Shown: positions 38,855 to 52,527, counted from the stretch's first letter. The stretch is 64,000 nt of DNA from Octopus sinensis (GCF_006345805.1 NC_043001.1:133052001-133116000), one strand, 5' to 3'. Translations and numbers: made by a program. Notes: generated from the letters alone by a model not told the origin.

Positions 38855-39160
38855 ATTCAGTAGTTTTATTTTTATAGCGTGCTTTCACTTCACTACCGAG
38901 CACAGATCTGTGTGCCTTGGGTATGTGCTGTGATTTGTTGTGATGCTCTGATGGTTATTGTATGGAAAGTGTTCTGCGTAGGATGTGTGCAGTGCCTAGT
39001 AGTGCAATTTTCTGTATGTTATATGTGTTTGTAAGTCCTGGTGTTTTTGTTATGTATTTGTCTGAATATTTTTTTATCATGCCTAATGCACCTACTATGA
39101 TAGGAATTGTTTCTGTTTTCAGATTCCACATTCTAGTTACCTCTATTTCCAGGTCTTTGT
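38855..39160 (-). mobile_element. R4/Dong-like RLE LINE 3' fragment
   Basis: Reverse translation KDLEIEVTRMWNLKTETIPIIVGALGMIKK...IQKIALLGTAHILRRTLS, in (TAA)n. Shorter twin at 39895-40103. Confidence 0.85.
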
Positions 39161-39489
39161 AGTTACCTCTATTTCCAGGTCTTTGTAGTTACCTCTATTT
39201 CCAGGTCTTTGTAGTTACCTCTATTTCCAGGTCTTTGTGTTACCTCTATTTCCAGGTCTTTGTGTTACCTCTATTTCCAGGTCTTTGTAGTTACCTCTAT
39301 TTCCAGGTCTTTGTAGTTACCTCTATTTCCAGGTCTTTGTAGTTACCTCTATTTCCAGGTCTTTGTGTTACCTCTATTTCCAGGTCTTTGTGTTACCTCT
39401 ATTTCCAGGTCTTTGTAGTTACCTCTATTTCCAGGTCTTTGTAGTTACCTCTATTTCCAGGTCTTTGTAGTTACCTCTATTTCCAGGTC

Positions 39490-39492
<3 letters not shown>
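39135..39492. repeat. Tandem array, 14 x 25/26 bp
   Basis: (A)GTTACCTCTATTTCCAGGTCTTTGT units. Confidence 0.97.
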
Positions 39493-39533
<41 letters not shown>

Positions 39534-39844
39534 GGTTTGGTTTGGTTCAGGTTCGGTCTTATTCCTGGTAGGAATTATGTGGATAGCGGGTTACTACCTG
39601 TAACTTTAGATTTCCACAAGTTTTCAACAGTCTTTCGAGTGCTTAGAACCCTTCCGATAATCCTTGCTGTTCCTAAGAGATAAACTTTCTACAGGAGCCT
39701 TTACCAGGCATTCTATTTCATTCTACTTCAGCCATTTGTCTATATTTAGCTTACTGTTCCCTACTCATCAATTATTACGGGCACGACCTTTACTGTTCGC
39801 ATGTTCGCATGTTCGAAATTCTTCTTATTACAAATTTCAAAGGA

Positions 39845-39894
<50 letters not shown>

Positions 39895-39901
<7 letters not shown>

Positions 39902-40100
39902 TAGTTTTATTTTTATAGCGTGCTTTCACTTCACTACCGAGCGCAGCTCTGTGTGCCTTGGGTGATTTGTTGTGATGCTCTGATGGTTATTGTATGGAAA
40001 GTGTTCTGCGTAGGATGTGTGCAGTGCCTAGTAGTGCAATTTTCTGTATGTTATATGTGTTTGTAAGTCCTGGTGTTTTTGTTATGTATTTGTCTGAATA

Positions 40101-40103
<3 letters not shown>
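39895..40103 (-). mobile_element. R4/Dong-like LINE 3' fragment
   Basis: Nearly identical to 38855-39073, flanked by (TTA)n on both sides. Confidence 0.85.
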
Positions 40104-40147
<44 letters not shown>

Positions 40148-40174
40148 TATTATTATTATATTATATTATTATTA

Positions 40175-40206
<32 letters not shown>

Positions 40207-40401
40207 GCACGCCGGACGAAATGCTTGGCCGTATTTCGTCTACTGCTACGTTCTGAGTTCAAATTCCGCCGATGTCGACTTAACCTTTCATTCTTTCGGG
40301 ATCGATTAAATAAGTACTAGCTACACACTGGGGTTGATGTAATCGACTTAATCCCCACGCCCACACTGCACGTGAGGCAAAAATTTGAAATCATTATCGT
40401 T

Positions 40402-40437
<36 letters not shown>

Positions 40438-40454
40438 TTTTTTTTTTTTTTTTT

Positions 40455-40770
40455 AAACTTGGGTTTTGTTGGAACTCATGGACTCCTTTATGCGTAGCGG
40501 ACTTGCTACCTGCAGCCTATGGTACCATGCTATTTGCTCTTTTCAACTAATACTTTTCTGATTATTCTGGCCATGCCAAAGAGGCAAAATCTTTGGTAAC
40601 AGTTCTACTGGGCATGCTATTCCGATTTCCTTTATATTCCTCTTGATGCCTTTTAATACCAAGGACCCAACAATAATTGGCGCTATCTTCACTTTCTTCA
40701 TTTCCTGTAGAAGTGGTAGTTCGCGCTTAAGAGGATTGTATATGTCTATTTTTTCTCTTCTCTTCTTGGG
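40455..40770 (-). mobile_element. RLE LINE 3' fragment
   Basis: VKIAPIIVGSL..IKRNIKEIGIACPVELL; homologous to 30145-30390. Confidence 0.75.
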
Positions 40771-40771
40771 G

Positions 40772-41410
40772 AAGCGGCGATCTGGCAGAATCATCATCAC
40801 GCTGGGTAAAATGCTTAAAGGCATTTCGCCCTTCTTCATGTTTTGAGTTCAAATTCCGCCGAGGTCGACTTTGCCTTCCATCGTTTCGGGGTCGATCAAT
40901 TAAGTACTAGCGGGGTTTTTGTAATCGACTAGTCCCCTCCCACCAAATTTCAGGCCTTGTACCTATTGTAGAAAGGATTATTATTATTATCATTAAAACG
41001 GAGAGCTGGCAGAATTGTTAGCGCGCCGGACGAAATGCTTAGCGGTGTTTCGCCCGTCGCTGCGTCCTGAGTTCGAATTCTGCCGAGATCGACTTTACAT
41101 TTCATCTTTACGGGGTTGATAAAATAAGTACCAGTTGAACTCTGGGGTCGATGTAATCGACTCATACCTTCCCCCAAAACTGCTGCCCTTTGGGCAAAAT
41201 TTGAAACAGTTATTATTAAAACGGCGGGATGGCAGAATCGTTAGCATACAGGGCAAAATGTCTTTATGTTCTGAGTTCAAATTTCACTGAGGTCGACTTT
41301 GCCTTTTGTCATCTCGGGGTCGATAAAATAAGTACCAGTTGAGCACTGGGGTCGATGTAGTTAACTTCCTACATCCTTCAAAATTTCTGGCCTTGTGCCA
41401 AAAAAATTAG
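40772..41410 (+). mobile_element. SINE family C trimer
   Basis: Three head-to-tail units. Confidence 0.88.
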
Positions 41411-41486
41411 AAAGCTATAATGAAGCTGTCTATTTCTGGTTTAAGTCCAGATGCAGCCAGTCATTAATGGGTTATGTTTGTATCAG

Positions 41487-41871
41487 TGGAGGCGCAATGG
41501 CCTAGTGGTTAGGGCAGCGGACTCGCGGTCGTAGGATCACGGTTTCGATTCCCAGACCGGGCGTTGTGAGTGTTTATTGAACGAAAACACCTAAAAGCTC
41601 CACGAGGCTCCGGCAGGGGGTGGTGGTGAACCCTGCTGTACTCTTTCACCACAACTTTCTCTCACTCTTACTTCCTGTTTCTGTTGTACCTGTATTTCAA
41701 GGGGCCGGCCTTGTCACTCTCTGTGTCACGCTGAATATCCCCGAGAACTACGTTAAGGGTACACGTGTCTGTGGAGTGCTCAGCCACTTACACGTTAATT
41801 TCACGAGCAGGCTGTTCCGTTGATTCGGATCAACCGGAACCCTCGTCGTCGTAACCGACGGAGTGCTTCCA
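41487..41871 (+). mobile_element. SINE family A
   Basis: TSD atgtttgtatca. Confidence 0.92.
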
Positions 41872-42340
41872 TGTTTGTATCAACATCAGGATCACTGACC
41901 CTTGCAGCGTATTCTTATGTAATGCTTTACTTTTCCAACTATTTCTCAGCTCTAAGATTCCGTTTGATTTAGTCAGTATTTTCATCCGTTTTGCTATTAC
42001 AGTGGGTTCTGTTCAATCTAGTTGGGCCTCCCTCGGTGATTTTTAATTCCTTTACATATTTATCTGCTTTTGATATTTAGCACAGTTTCTTGTTACTTTC
42101 TCACTTGCAGACAAGCTTAAGTATCCATTCATTGATTTTAAATAGGTGACCAGCCCTATGGTTGCTGTCTTTAAGAGCAGTTGCGGCTGCATCAATCCAC
42201 ATTCTCCATCCTTTCGAGGAATGAATAGTCTGTCTACGTCTGCTTTCACGTAATGCAAGTGACGCATTGTAAGAAACTTGCGTACTTTTGTGTCAGATTT
42301 ACTGATCTCATTGATTGGCCATTATTTTATATTAAAGCTG

Positions 42341-42755
42341 TACTCTTTTACTCTTTTACTCTTTTACTTGTTTCAGTCATTTGACTGCGGCCATGCTGGA
42401 GCACCGCCTTTAGTCGAGCAACTCGACCCCAGGACTTATTCTTTTTGTAAGCCCAGTACTTATTCTATCGGTCTCTTTTTGCCGAACCGCTAAGTGACGG
42501 GGACGTAAACACACCAGCATCGGTTGTCAAGCAATGCTAGGGGGACAAACACAGACACACAAACACACACATATATATATATACATATATACGACAGGCT
42601 TCTTTCAGTTTCCGTCTACCAAATCCACTCACAAGGCATTGGTCGGCGCGGGGCTATAGCAGAAGCCACTTGCCCAAGATTCCACGCAGTGGGACTGAAC
42701 CCGGAACCATGTGGTTGGTTAGCAAGCTACTTACCACACAGCCACTCCTGCGCCT
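42341..42755 (-). mobile_element. SINE family B
   Basis: Full copy. Confidence 0.92.
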
Positions 42756-43003
42756 GTAGGTCACAATTAGCTTAGTTAAGATGTTGGTTGCATCAATCCT
42801 GTTTCTCAAATTTACTTCGTTCTTTAGAATAGCTCTAATTCTACGATAATATTCTCTACGTAATTTTTTTATACATTTGTGAGTGCTAGATGTCACCCCA
42901 CCCCTTTACTCACACTTAAATATTTCTAATTTTTTTTCAAGATCCGTGGTAGACTTGTCTATCCGTAAGTTTTATGTTTTCAAGAGTTTTCTCTTAAATG
43001 GGA

Positions 43004-43385
43004 TGGAAGCACTCCGTCGGTTACGACGACAAGGGTTCCGGTTGATCCGAATCAACGGAACAGCCTGCTCGTGAAATTAACGTGTAAGTGGCTGAGCACT
43101 CCACAGACACGTGTACCCTTAACGTAGTTCTCGGGGATATTCAGCGTGACACAGAGAGTGACAAGGCCGGCCCTTTGAAATAGAAACAACAGAAACAGGA
43201 AGTAAGAGTGAGAGAAAGTTGTGGTGAAAGAGTACAGCAGGGATCACCACCATCCCCTGCCGGAGCCTCGTGGAACTTTTAGGTGTTTTCGCTCAATAAA
43301 CACTCACAACGCCCGGTCTGGGAATCGAAACCGCGATCCTACGACCGCGAGTCCGCTGCCCTAACCACTGGGTCATTGCGCCTCC
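43004..43385 (-). mobile_element. SINE family A
   Basis: TSD tctcttaaat. Confidence 0.92.
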
Positions 43386-43945
43386 TCTCTTAAATAATAA
43401 CGCTTTAGCACAGTTATTTAAGCCGACTCCATTCCAGTATCGTCACGGAACTGTTTTGCTATAGTTAAAAGCCTTTCCACTTGTTAATGACTATAGGCCA
43501 TCATGCATCGCAACGATATATGCGCGACATGGTAATCTCATATCAAGATAAAACAGCGCATGACCCTTGCAGGTGGGGCCCAGTTAGAATTTTGAGCCCA
43601 CCCCGCTCAAAAGTTCCCTAAATAAAGTATGTTTAAGGACTTTTAACGAAACACCCATGCTTCCAGAGGTGAATTATTCAAACCTCAAAGAATTCCTCTC
43701 AACATATAACTGTGATGCACCCCCACTACTTCTACATATCAGATATGTATATATCAGCAGCCACCAAGGGACATGCTCAATTGGTAAGGTCAAACAACTG
43801 ACAGGCAAATCTATGGTGTTGAGCAGAATATTTGCTGTAGCCCATCTTTTATACCAAAACAAAAGACAATATATGTACATGATGACACTTCCAATCAGTT
43901 AAGATTAGAAGCTATGAGAGCCAGTGCCTGGTATTGCATGAGGGC

Positions 43946-44009
<64 letters not shown>

Positions 44010-44149
44010 TATATCTACATGTTTGACACAATCTCTTGCCAAGCCACCCAGCCTCCTAGGGCAAGTGAAGGTTAAGCGATATTGAAATATGACTGAAAGC
44101 TTGGGAAAGGGAAATGGAACGGGCAGTACAGAAATATATTCATATAATG

Positions 44150-45830
44150 CTACACGAACATTTAAATTGATAGGGTTTTTCTAAAGATATGGAAGTACTT
44201 GTCAGCACAATCTCTTGGATTTCTCTGAGATATGGTTCTTCTGGGATGTTGCCTAGATGTTTCTAACTATCTCCTTTTTTTTAGGGCACCTACAATAACA
44301 AGGACAGCTTTTGCTTTAAGATGCTATATCTTTTGGATTTCAATTTCCAGGTCCTCATACTTACTAAGCTTGTCCAATTTGTCTACAGATATATTTTTGT
44401 TAGTGGGGATATTTACATCTGTTAGTCTACAATAATAACATATCTCGTTGATTAGCATGGATTGTCAGTGTTGACTGGAAAATCCTAGAGGATGACGACG
44501 TTTTTACCTTCAAACACTGTCTCAAGGACGGTGTTCATACCAAGTAGCATGAGTGTCGATTTTGTAGTGCTTACATATTTCTAATTTAAATACTGTCCTA
44601 CCCTATCATGGCGACTTTTATATTCGTTTGGTGTTAGCACAGGACAGCCCGAAACGAGATGATCTGTTGTTTCGTCAAATGAGTTGCAGAATCTGCATTT
44701 TGGATCAGCACCACTTTGAACATCGTTAGCTTGGTAATTCCTATAAAGAAGCTTTGATTTCAATTCTCTGCTTTCAATTCTGAACTTCTCAACCACTGAT
44801 AGGGTGTTGCTTTGTCTACATCAGCATTTTGACTTCATAGAAGCATAACTTATGCTATGTTTTTTTGTTTTCTCCTAGATATTTACATGTTTCTTTGGGG
44901 GTAAAATTCCTTGATGGTAGTGTCGATATCTAATTTAATGGACGTTGTTTGTCTGAGCTTGTCCCTTTCAAAAGTTGCATTAGACAACTTATCGAGGCCA
45001 AAACTCATTTCGATGTCATTGCTAAACTCTTTAAAATTTATTAGCAGCTCTTCTAGTTCTTTGTAATTCCTTGTAAGCAGTTCAGCTCATCGATGTAAAA
45101 CAGATGGCTTATTATCTTGTTAAGAATTTTGTGTCCATATCCGGTGTTATTTAATTCATTTGAGAGTGGGATCAGTAATATGCAAAGAAATAATGGAGAG
45201 AGGGAGTCACCTTGAAAGATGTCTCGTTTGATGTTGAATTGGCTAATCCTATTACTATGGTTTAGAAAGAGACGTATGTTCCACTTGGCCATGCTGTTTT
45301 CTAAGAATTTAGAGATGACAGATGAGATCATGTATATCTCAAGGGCCTTAAGTATCTATTTATACGCTTTTCTATAGTCTACCATGCCGTACTCAGGTTC
45401 TTGTTTTTGCTCTGGCAATTCTCTAAAACCATTCTGTCTATGAGTAATTGGTCTTTAAACCCATAGGAATTTCTTTCACAGCTTTTCTGAGCTTGTGAAA
45501 GTACATTCTTTCAGATATTATGGATGTGAAGATCTTGTAAGTGGTGCTGAGACATGCTATTGGTCAGTAATTCTTCGGGTGTTTTGTATCATCAGCTTTT
45601 GGTAGTTGGTAGGTAGTTCCTTCAGTCAGCCAGGCAAGTATTAACTTTGGTTTCTAAATGATATCAGTTAGAGTTACAGCGAGATTTTCGTGTACTTCTG
45701 TCAAAAAATTCAGCCAGAAGTTAGGGATCCGGTCCAGTCCTGGAGTTTTCCATTTATGAGACTTTCTAAAAACACACCTTATTTCTTCTATTCCGGTTGC
45801 GTCCACTTCTGTTCAACTTCATTCAGTCAC
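44150..45830 (-). mobile_element. R4-like LINE relic (RT, CCHC knuckle, RLE)
   Basis: IFQGDSLSPLFLC..SHLFYIDEL (RT), CRFC..ETTDHLVSGC..RHD, KYEDLEIEIQK..VLVIVGAL. Confidence 0.85.
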
Positions 45831-47239
45831 TCTTTCTCACGTTCTGTCCAGTCAAATTCCACCGAGGTCGACTTTGCTTTTCATCCTTTCGGAGTCGATA
45901 AAATATGTACCAGTTGAATACTGGGATCGATATAATCGACTAGTCCCCGTCTCCAAATTTTAGGCCTTGTGCCTATAGCAGAAAGGATTATTATTATTAT
46001 TTATTCTTGAACCTGTGACCTGGAAGGGATGTCAGCGCATCGGACAAAATGTTTGGCAGCACTTCTGGCTCTTTACGTTATAAGCTTAAACTCTGTCAAT
46101 TGCCTTTCATTCTTTGGGGCCGATAAAATAAAGTACCAGTCAAGTACTGTGGAATTATACCCTCCTCTCAAAATTACTGTTTTTGTGCCAAAATTAGGAA
46201 GAATTATTTATTTTAAGATAAATATTAAGGAATATATTTAAAAACAAAAATTAAATATCTTCACTCGTCATCACTCATAGAAAACAAAGTAGCATTTACA
46301 ACCGCTTATGACATAACAAGAATCCATAAAGCAACCTGGTGTAGTGACACATGGATATTCTTCAGTATTTACTTTATTATCCACAAGTCTTCAGCGTCAA
46401 CAAAAAACTTGTCATGTCACGGAAATATTTTGTTGTATTTTTTCATTGAAATAGGTTTTGTTCTATATTTTAACACTTTTTATTTTTTGTTTCAACACTC
46501 TTTCTATCCCGCCATTCCAACATCTCCCATGACACATGCATATGCACAACTAATAAAACTAAAGCAAGTTCTGAAATCGCCAATTTAAAGCCTCGTATGT
46601 TGTGATAGATAATAGAACTTATCAGTGCAAACCAGCTGTTCAAAGCTGTTCATACCACCTCAGTATGAGAGCACAGTTTTCGTTCATTTTCTTAAAAGAC
46701 ATCTTGTTAGCTGTCAGCTCAGAACATAAGAGGACCGCAGAATGAATTGCAGGGAATGACATTTTGAGCAAAAACCAAGTCTCGAGTGACAGAGACAACG
46801 TTAAAGAAGAGAGGTACTGCTAAACCGGCTTGCTAACTCTTGCATTTAATTATGTCGCAAAAGCGATTTACGCTTAAAAATAATTTCCAATGTTTGAGAC
46901 AATTCATTTAGTTGATACATGTATAAATATTTTGAAAGCAAGTGGAATAACTTGTTTTGTTGCCACATTTGCCTGGAAGTACTTTTTGAAAGAAGTCATT
47001 CTTGTTTAGTTGAAAAGTATGGAGGGAAAAACGTAATTAAATGAATTTAAGAAAGCTGAAGGAAACACGTGACAACAGGGTTAGCGTGGGGAACGATTAG
47101 TTAACTTCGAGCGAGAGAAAGGAATCGAAAATTCTATAACAAGAGGTTTGAGTTCAGCTTGTACCAGCACTATGTTGGCAATTTATTTATCGCCCCACCC
47201 CCGCCTCCCGAAAGGAAAAAGGCAATATATATATGTGCT

Positions 47240-47830
47240 AGCGGCGAGCTGGCAGAACCGTTAGCACGCCGGGCGAAATGCTTAGCGGTATTTCGTCTAC
47301 GTTACGTTGTGAGTTCAAATTCCGCCGAGGTCGACTTTGCCTTTCATCCTTTCGGGGTCGATAAATTAAGTACCAGTTACGCACTGGGGTCGATGCAATC
47401 GACTTAATACCTATGTCTGTCCTTGTTTGTCCCCTCTGTGTTTAGCCCCTTGTGGGTAATAAAGAAATAGGTCTTTCGTCTGCCGTTACGTTGTGAGTTC
47501 AAATTCCGCCGAGGTCGACTTTGCCTTTCATCCTTTCGGGGTCGATAAATTAAGTACCAGTTACGCACTGGGGTCGATGTAATCGATTTAATACCCATGG
47601 CTGTCCTTGTTTGTCCCCTCTGTGTTTAGCCCCTTGTAGGTAATAAAGAAATAAGTATTTCGTCTGTCGTTACGTTCTGAGTTCAAATTCCGCCGAGGTC
47701 GACTTTCCCTTTCATCCTTTCGGGGTCGATAAATAAAGTACCAGTTTCGCACTGGGGTCGATGTAATCGACTTAATCCCTTTGTCTGTCCTTGTTTGTCC
47801 CCTCTATGTTTAGCCCCTTGTGGGTAGTGA
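47240..47830 (+). mobile_element. SINE family C tandem array (3 units)
   Basis: One head followed by three ~190-bp body repeats. Confidence 0.9.
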
Positions 47831-48471
47831 AAAAAAAACATATATGTGTGGATGCATAAGCACTCACACATATATGTACGTATACGCACACGCGCGCAAA
47901 CACTCACACACATAAACACACACGCATACACACATTCGAAGGTTTATAATGGACGCAGATTGTGTGTCAAATAGCTAGCTTGAGGCGGTGGCCTCTTGGA
48001 GCTAATCAGCGACAGCTTTAGTCTTATATTTATAAGACTGCCATATAAGTATGGCGATAACTATTAATTTCCAGTAACGCTGCCGTAATCTTCTTTAGAG
48101 AGACTTAGTAATTTTAATATTTCTATTATATATATATATATATATCTGTAAATGTAATATGTGACAATTATTCTTCGGTAGCCATGATAAAACTCCGAGT
48201 TTCGAATAATTGTCACATATTACATTTACAGATAAATTCCTCTATTTACACAATATCGAGGTCTCTTTCTTTCTTTTGTTGTCTTACCATAAACGCGAGC
48301 TTGTAGTGATGAATTATAATGGTTATTGACGTTGTGTCTATTTTCGACATATTTTGGCATTAGAAATATTTTCTTTTGCCGTTACTTATAAATTGTTTAT
48401 AAATTTAACCTTTAAAGGTATTTTTTTAATATGCTGACCATTGATAGAATTTTTTTCGAAAAATTTTATCC

Positions 48472-48529
<58 letters not shown>

Positions 48530-48530
<1 letters not shown>

Positions 48531-48919
48531 CTTTATATATAAAGGAGAAGTTGTGTGTCTGTCTCCTACGATTTAGATTCCTAGCTACTCCCACATTTTG
48601 CGGTGCAGTTTAACCAAAACCGGGTATCTTATAGTCGTAATTCATATCGAGCCCTTCTGGGTATTAGCGCGCGTCTACGATGAGTCTACGATTTAAAAAA
48701 AAATTTACCATCATTTTTTTCCATTTTAATGCATTTTTTTCGCTATTATATAACTCTCTAAAAATGTCTACGATGAGTCAACGATTTTTAAAAAAAATTT
48801 ACCATCATTTGTTTTCCATTTTTAATGCATTTTTTGCTGTTTTTTGGCTATAACTCTCTAAAAATGCTTATATAGTTATTTCCCTTACAAACCCGAGCAA
48901 CGCCGGGCGATACTGCTAG
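48530..48919 (+). mobile_element. Non-autonomous Helitron H1
   Basis: TC...CTAG, inserted in (TA)n. Confidence 0.82.
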
Positions 48920-49733
48920 TATATATATATAATCAGTATGTAATTTAACTTATTAAACACAGTTCAACAAATTCATTCATATTTATGTAATGGAAGAGAT
49001 TCGATGTTAAAATGGATTATAGTTTTTTTTTCATGTTATTATACAATTTGTTTCATACAAAAGGATTCAGATATTAATAAATAGAAAATCGTAACAGTTG
49101 CATTTGTACTCGTCAGTAGCTGATATAAAAAACTAAACAGAACGTTAGAAATACATAGATTTTCTCTAAGTTATCATTGTAGGGTTATTGTATTCGTTTT
49201 TGCAGCCATGTCTAATTCAATCGAGTCTTGATTCAAATAATTATTCACATCATCAGTGAGTTCAATTGGGACTGCCGAACGACAATGTAATCTTCATATA
49301 ATTAAGATATATTTGGCCAGACGAGTAGTTAGCTGAGTAATTATTACATGGGTGGATCTGCCAGATAGGAAACGTATATAGCCTTGATACTACCTGTTCC
49401 AGTCCCTCAATTTGGATATATATATATATCGTGAAGTATATTTGCCATTTAAATGTGGCTAACCCTTCGGGTGGATGCTACTGTAGCTTGTAGCCCCAGG
49501 AGGACACCTCCTCCAGCTGGCTATTGACACACTTTCTGTGCCCTATCAGTATTTGCAAAGGGAAGCCATCCTTTCCATTTCCAACCTGACATGATACACA
49601 CGGACCCGAGTTTCAGCGTGTGACAATCACCGGTTGTCGATGAGAAATGGATCCCAATGCAAATATATATATATATCCTTTTTCCTATGACGAAAAGTCA
49701 CTGATCTCGATAAAGGGTAAACAAGCAATAAAA

Positions 49734-49991
<258 letters not shown>

Positions 49992-49992
49992 C

Positions 49993-50658
49993 TGTAAACA
50001 AGTCAAATTGCGATAAAATAAAATTAATTAGTATCGCTGGTATATCTAGCCCAAGCCATATATTATTCATATATCAGTACATTAAGGCGAAATATGTGCT
50101 AGAAACACAGAAGCTAGATAAATTTAGTGAAATGAAGATAAAAACATTTACTAACTCGGTTCCTCTTAGACTGCAGTTTCGATAATTTATTTGCTCAGGG
50201 AGAATTCATCGGTAAGAGCCCTGTTGTTCTGAGATCCTAACTCACTAGAAGCATGTGCTTCTAATGATTTTCTCTCTCTAACTAATCAGATCACTGCGCA
50301 GACTCAGAACGTCCCGACAAAACTAGGGATTTCTGGTATATTGTCTAACGCTCAAAATTTATCGAGAAATATGTAAACAAGTCAAATTGCGATAAAATAA
50401 AATTAATTAGTATCGCTGGTATTTCTAGCCCAAGCCATATATTATTCATATATCAGTACATTAAGGCGAAATATGTGCTAGAAACACAGAAGCTAGATAA
50501 ATTTAGTGAAATGAAGATAAAAACATTTACTAACTCGGTTCCTCTTAGACTGCAGTTTCGTTCTTTTCAGCAATAAAGATAATTTATTTGCTCAGGGAGA
50601 ATTCATCGGTAAGAGCCCTGTTGTTCTGAGATCCTAACTCACTAGAAGCATGTGCTTA
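49993..50658 (-). repeat. ~285-bp direct duplication, Penelope pseudo-LTR-like
   Basis: 49993-50260 is nearly identical to 50372-50657; bounded by (TA)n; hammerhead-like motif on the - strand. Confidence 0.65.
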
Positions 50659-50683
50659 TATATATATATATATATATATATAT

Positions 50684-50892
50684 CGCCATGTTGATTCGCT
50701 AGCTTCTGCACGCATTTTTTCCTCTCCTTGTTTCTCTCCGTCTTTTTTTTCTGTGTATCTTTCTGTTGAAGAGCGTAGGCTCGAAACGTAAAAGACTTGT
50801 TTTATTTATATTCCTGAGTGCCATACTAATACAATTGTTTGTTTGTATTCCACCTGCCTTCGTCTTTTGTTTATTTTCATAAAGCTTCCCAT
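50684..50892 (+). repeat. Penelope-like repeat, inverted partner at 54147-54358
   Basis: Same family as 21170-21360; both copies sit inside (TA)n. Confidence 0.65.
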
Positions 50893-50918
50893 TATATATA
50901 TATATATTATATATATAT

Positions 50919-50955
<37 letters not shown>

Positions 50956-51272
50956 GACGGCTTCTTTCAGCTTCCGTGTACCAAATCCACTTGGAAGGCT
51001 TTGGTCGGCCCGATACTATAGTAGAAGAGGTGCCACGCAGTGAGACTGAACCGGAACCATGTGGTTGGGTATCAAGCTTCTTACCACAAAGCCACTCCTG
51101 CGCCTATATATATATATATATATAATAAGATATCATTAACCAATATGCAAATGTTTATAGTGCGAAATATGAGGCTTTGGCGAGTTGACTCTTCTTTCTG
51201 GCATAGATGGTATATATTCTTTAAACCCTAAATTTTTATGTATATTTACCTATATTGGTTAAGCTTGCTGGA

Positions 51273-51656
51273 GTGGAGCGCAATGGCTCAGTGGTTAGGG
51301 CAGCGGACTCGCGGTCAGAGGATCGCGGTTTCGATTCCCAGACCGGGCGTTGTGAGTGTTTATTGAGTGAAAACACCTAAAAGTTCCACGAGGCTCCGGC
51401 AGGGGATGGTGGTGATCCCTGCTGTACTCTTTCACCACAACTTTCTCTCACTCTTACTTCCTGTTTCTGTTGTACCTGTATTTCAAAGGGCCGGCCTTGT
51501 CACTCTCTGTGTCACGCTGAATATCCCCGAGAACTACGTTAAGGTTGTACGTGTCTGTGGAGTGCTCAGCCACTTACACGTTAATTTCACGAGCAGGCTG
51601 TTCCGTTGATCGGATCAACCGGAACCCTCGTCGTCGTAACCGACGGAGTACTTCCA
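51273..51656 (+). mobile_element. SINE family A
   Basis: Full copy. Confidence 0.92.
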
Positions 51657-51939
51657 ATCCAAAATAAGCTTGCTGGCCACTTTATTATTATTATTTTTTC
51701 TAGTTTCTAAATTTTATTTACTCACTATTGTTCGTTTTTGAATGTAGCGGTGGCATCCAAACTAACAAACGCGCACGGTGTAGTGTATATATATTTTTTT
51801 TAATAGTTATATGCAGTAAGTTCAGATGATCATCCTAAGTGCTTGGCACTAAAGGTGAAACCAATTTGATTCTGAGATGACTGTACTTTTCTTTGTGTTT
51901 TTGCAAAGGTAAGGGTTATTTTTTCTTATATTCACTAAA

Positions 51940-52159
51940 CCCTTTCATTACTGCATTTATTCTGAGATGCTCTGAGTTTCTTTCAATTACTTTAAATATA
52001 ACAAAGAATTTAGTAAAATAACTTAGTTATCATTCAACTAGTGTTAGGAACATAAATTGTGACTAACGTTTGGTGGAAGATTTTAATTCAAAACTTATGA
52101 AAACAAGACATTTGTACTCAGAGCCAGAGCCGGTTTCAGCCGGGTTAGTAACGAAAGGG
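51940..52159. mobile_element. piggyBac-type MITE
   Basis: TIR CCCTTTC(A/G)TTACT, flanks TAAA / TTAA. Confidence 0.75.
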
Positions 52160-52527
52160 TTAACTGTGCGTGTTTTGTTTATAGTGAGAAATATGAGGCT
52201 TTGAGAAGTTGATTCTTCTTTCTAACATAGCTGGTTTATAATTTTTATAGCCTAAATTTACATACACACACATACTGTTGTGTCTTGGGAGAGTCATTTT
52301 CCTTTTGTGCTTTATAATTAAGAAATAAGTGGAAATTTTACCGGTGAGTGTGTTAAATCATAAGGCACAAAAAGAAAATGACTCTCCCCAGACACAACAG
52401 AATATGCTTCAACACACGAACTCATATAAAGAATCTTGCAAACCAAATCCAAAACGAAATATATATATATAATTCTGGTGCATCTAAATTAAGTACCATA
52501 TTCATTTGAATCTAAATTGTTGCTGAA

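Larger units (their letters stand above)
41880..43490 (-). mobile_element. R4-like LINE RT/thumb relic split by two SINEs
   Basis: REYYRRIRAILKNEVN..RIDATN and KADVDRLFIPRKDGECGL motifs. Confidence 0.75.

Noticed and set aside
39135-39492. CRISPR-like array
   Set aside because: Head-to-tail units with no unique spacers, derived from LINE sequence, in eukaryotic context.
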